Source: Phallusia mammillata (lineage: Eukaryota). Taken from it: a DNA stretch of 64,000 bases. A model generated the notes under the pieces. It was not told the origin of the DNA. It did no database searches and saw nothing but the letters and a program-made list of their open reading frames with translations. Positions 62,977 to 64,000 of this stretch are shown one piece after another. Position 1 is the first letter of the stretch. Every line of letters begins with the position of its first letter. Location: positions 18,290,001-18,354,000 of the forward strand of contig OZ281496.1 in the NCBI GenBank assembly GCA_965637545.1, written 5' to 3'. A program made the translations under genes and the position numbers.

Positions 62977-64000
62977 TGTTGTATTCTTCAAGTTGTTGTA
63001 TTTACGACACCAAGTAAACGGAAATAAAATAGAATGATTAAACTCAACATGCGCAGCATTATATAGGCAACGATTATCCATTTACATTCCACGGAAAACA
63101 CGCCAGATTAGGAATAGTGTGCTTGCGGACCATACTTGAAATGTAAGGAATGCTGCACTACGCTAAAGGCATACAAGGCTCGAAATGAGGTGCTAATTAA
63201 AACACAACGTTCGAAATTACAACGCAACAATAGAAATCCTTAACACCTCCCCAACAAGTATGAAAAACGATAATTAGCAACACAATAATTGTCGGGGTTT
63301 ACGTTGTCGTTTTGAACGTCTCGGATTGCCGGGACCATATTCTAAATGTTCAGGGTCCGCGACCTTCGGTGGTGAGGATTGTGTCGTGTCAGGTATTTCC
63401 TCATTTATTCTCTCACTCACGGGGTTAGGATCATCCGCCGGATTTTCATCTTCTTCTGTTGCGTAACGAGGACGGAGTTGTTCAATATGACGTCTCCATA
63501 TAGGTCCTCGCGGAATAACACGTACTTCATGTCGCCTGATAACTTTTGCTGCCACCCAGCGTGGTTGTTGGTTGTGCCTAGGACCAAAGTAAAGGGCATA
63601 ACAAGGATCACCAACTTTGTATGAATAAACGTTTGCTCTTCGCACTAGAGACTGAGATTTGGTGGCGATCTTCGATTGGATCCCTTGTGTGGTGTGGGCT
63701 GGAGATGGAAGCAATGCATCAATCTTTGTACGCATCTGTCGGTGGTTTAAAAGCTCGCTTGGTGAATAACCACTTCCGGCCGGTGTTCGGCGGTGCTGCA
63801 TTAAAAACTCGAGCAGCGCTTCTTTAGGCGGACTTGACGACTTCCGAAGAGCCTGCTTAAAAGTTTGTACCAAGCGCTCAGCAGCGCCATTAGTGGCTGG
63901 ATGGTAAGGTGCTCCTGTAACGTGAACTATTCCTCGCTCTTTGCAATAATTCTGAAATTGTTCGGACATGAACGTGGGAGCATTATCTGTCACAAGCGTG
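62977..64000 (-). mobile_element. 3' end of a Gypsy LTR retrotransposon (integrase, PPT, probable 3' LTR); continues beyond the window
   Basis: PPT GGGGAGG then TGTTAAGG at 63245; LTR end at 62977 is tentative. Confidence 0.8.
63274..63993 (-). CDS. Gypsy integrase core and C-terminus (partial)
   Basis: TDNAPTF...APYHPATNGAAERLVQTFKQAL...SPSELL...RRHIEQLR. Confidence 0.9.
   Translation of the reverse strand: MTDNAPTFMSEQFQNYCKERGIVHVTGAPYHPATNGAAERLVQTFKQALRKSSSPPKEALLEFLMQHRRTPAGSGYSPSELLNHRQMRTKIDALLPSPAHTTQGIQSKIATKSQSLVRRANVYSYKVGDPCYALYFGPRHNQQPRWVAAKVIRRHEVRVIPRGPIWRRHIEQLRPRYATEEDENPADDPNPVSERINEEIPDTTQSSPPKVADPEHLEYGPGNPRRSKRQRKPRQLLCC

Overview
AT-rich, intron-containing animal genomic DNA (no prokaryotic features; possibly a marine invertebrate such as a tunicate, which is an inference). 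Host genes: (i) a probable last exon of a CDIPT/phosphatidylinositol-synthase-like gene (212-363); (ii) a tandem array of three 7-coding-exon galactose-3-O-sulfotransferase (Gal3ST)-family genes on + (copy A 6844-26556, intact, 405 aa; copy B 36400-42086 and copy C 55690-59297, each with one 1-bp frameshift), plus a relic first exon at about 31.6-31.8 kb; (iii) a frameshifted GAIN/GPS-domain exon on - (61487-61989). The rest is a dense, nested transposon landscape: Gypsy-type LTR elements, a CR1/L2-clade LINE, two Penelope fragments carrying minimal hammerhead ribozymes, a Tc1 element and many hAT MITEs, most with readable target-site duplications (TSDs). Two structures stand out. First, a 13.3-kb near-perfect foldback element (10905-24172; two arms of about 6.4 kb around a 360-bp loop) with Maverick/Polinton-type termini (AGTAGT repeats, 6-bp TSD) fills intron 2 of Gal3ST copy A. 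Second, an LTR retroelement (1343-4089) has two inverted LTRs, each followed inward by a PBS and gag, yet is flanked by a single family-typical 5-bp TSD. All alignments and divergence values were made by eye.
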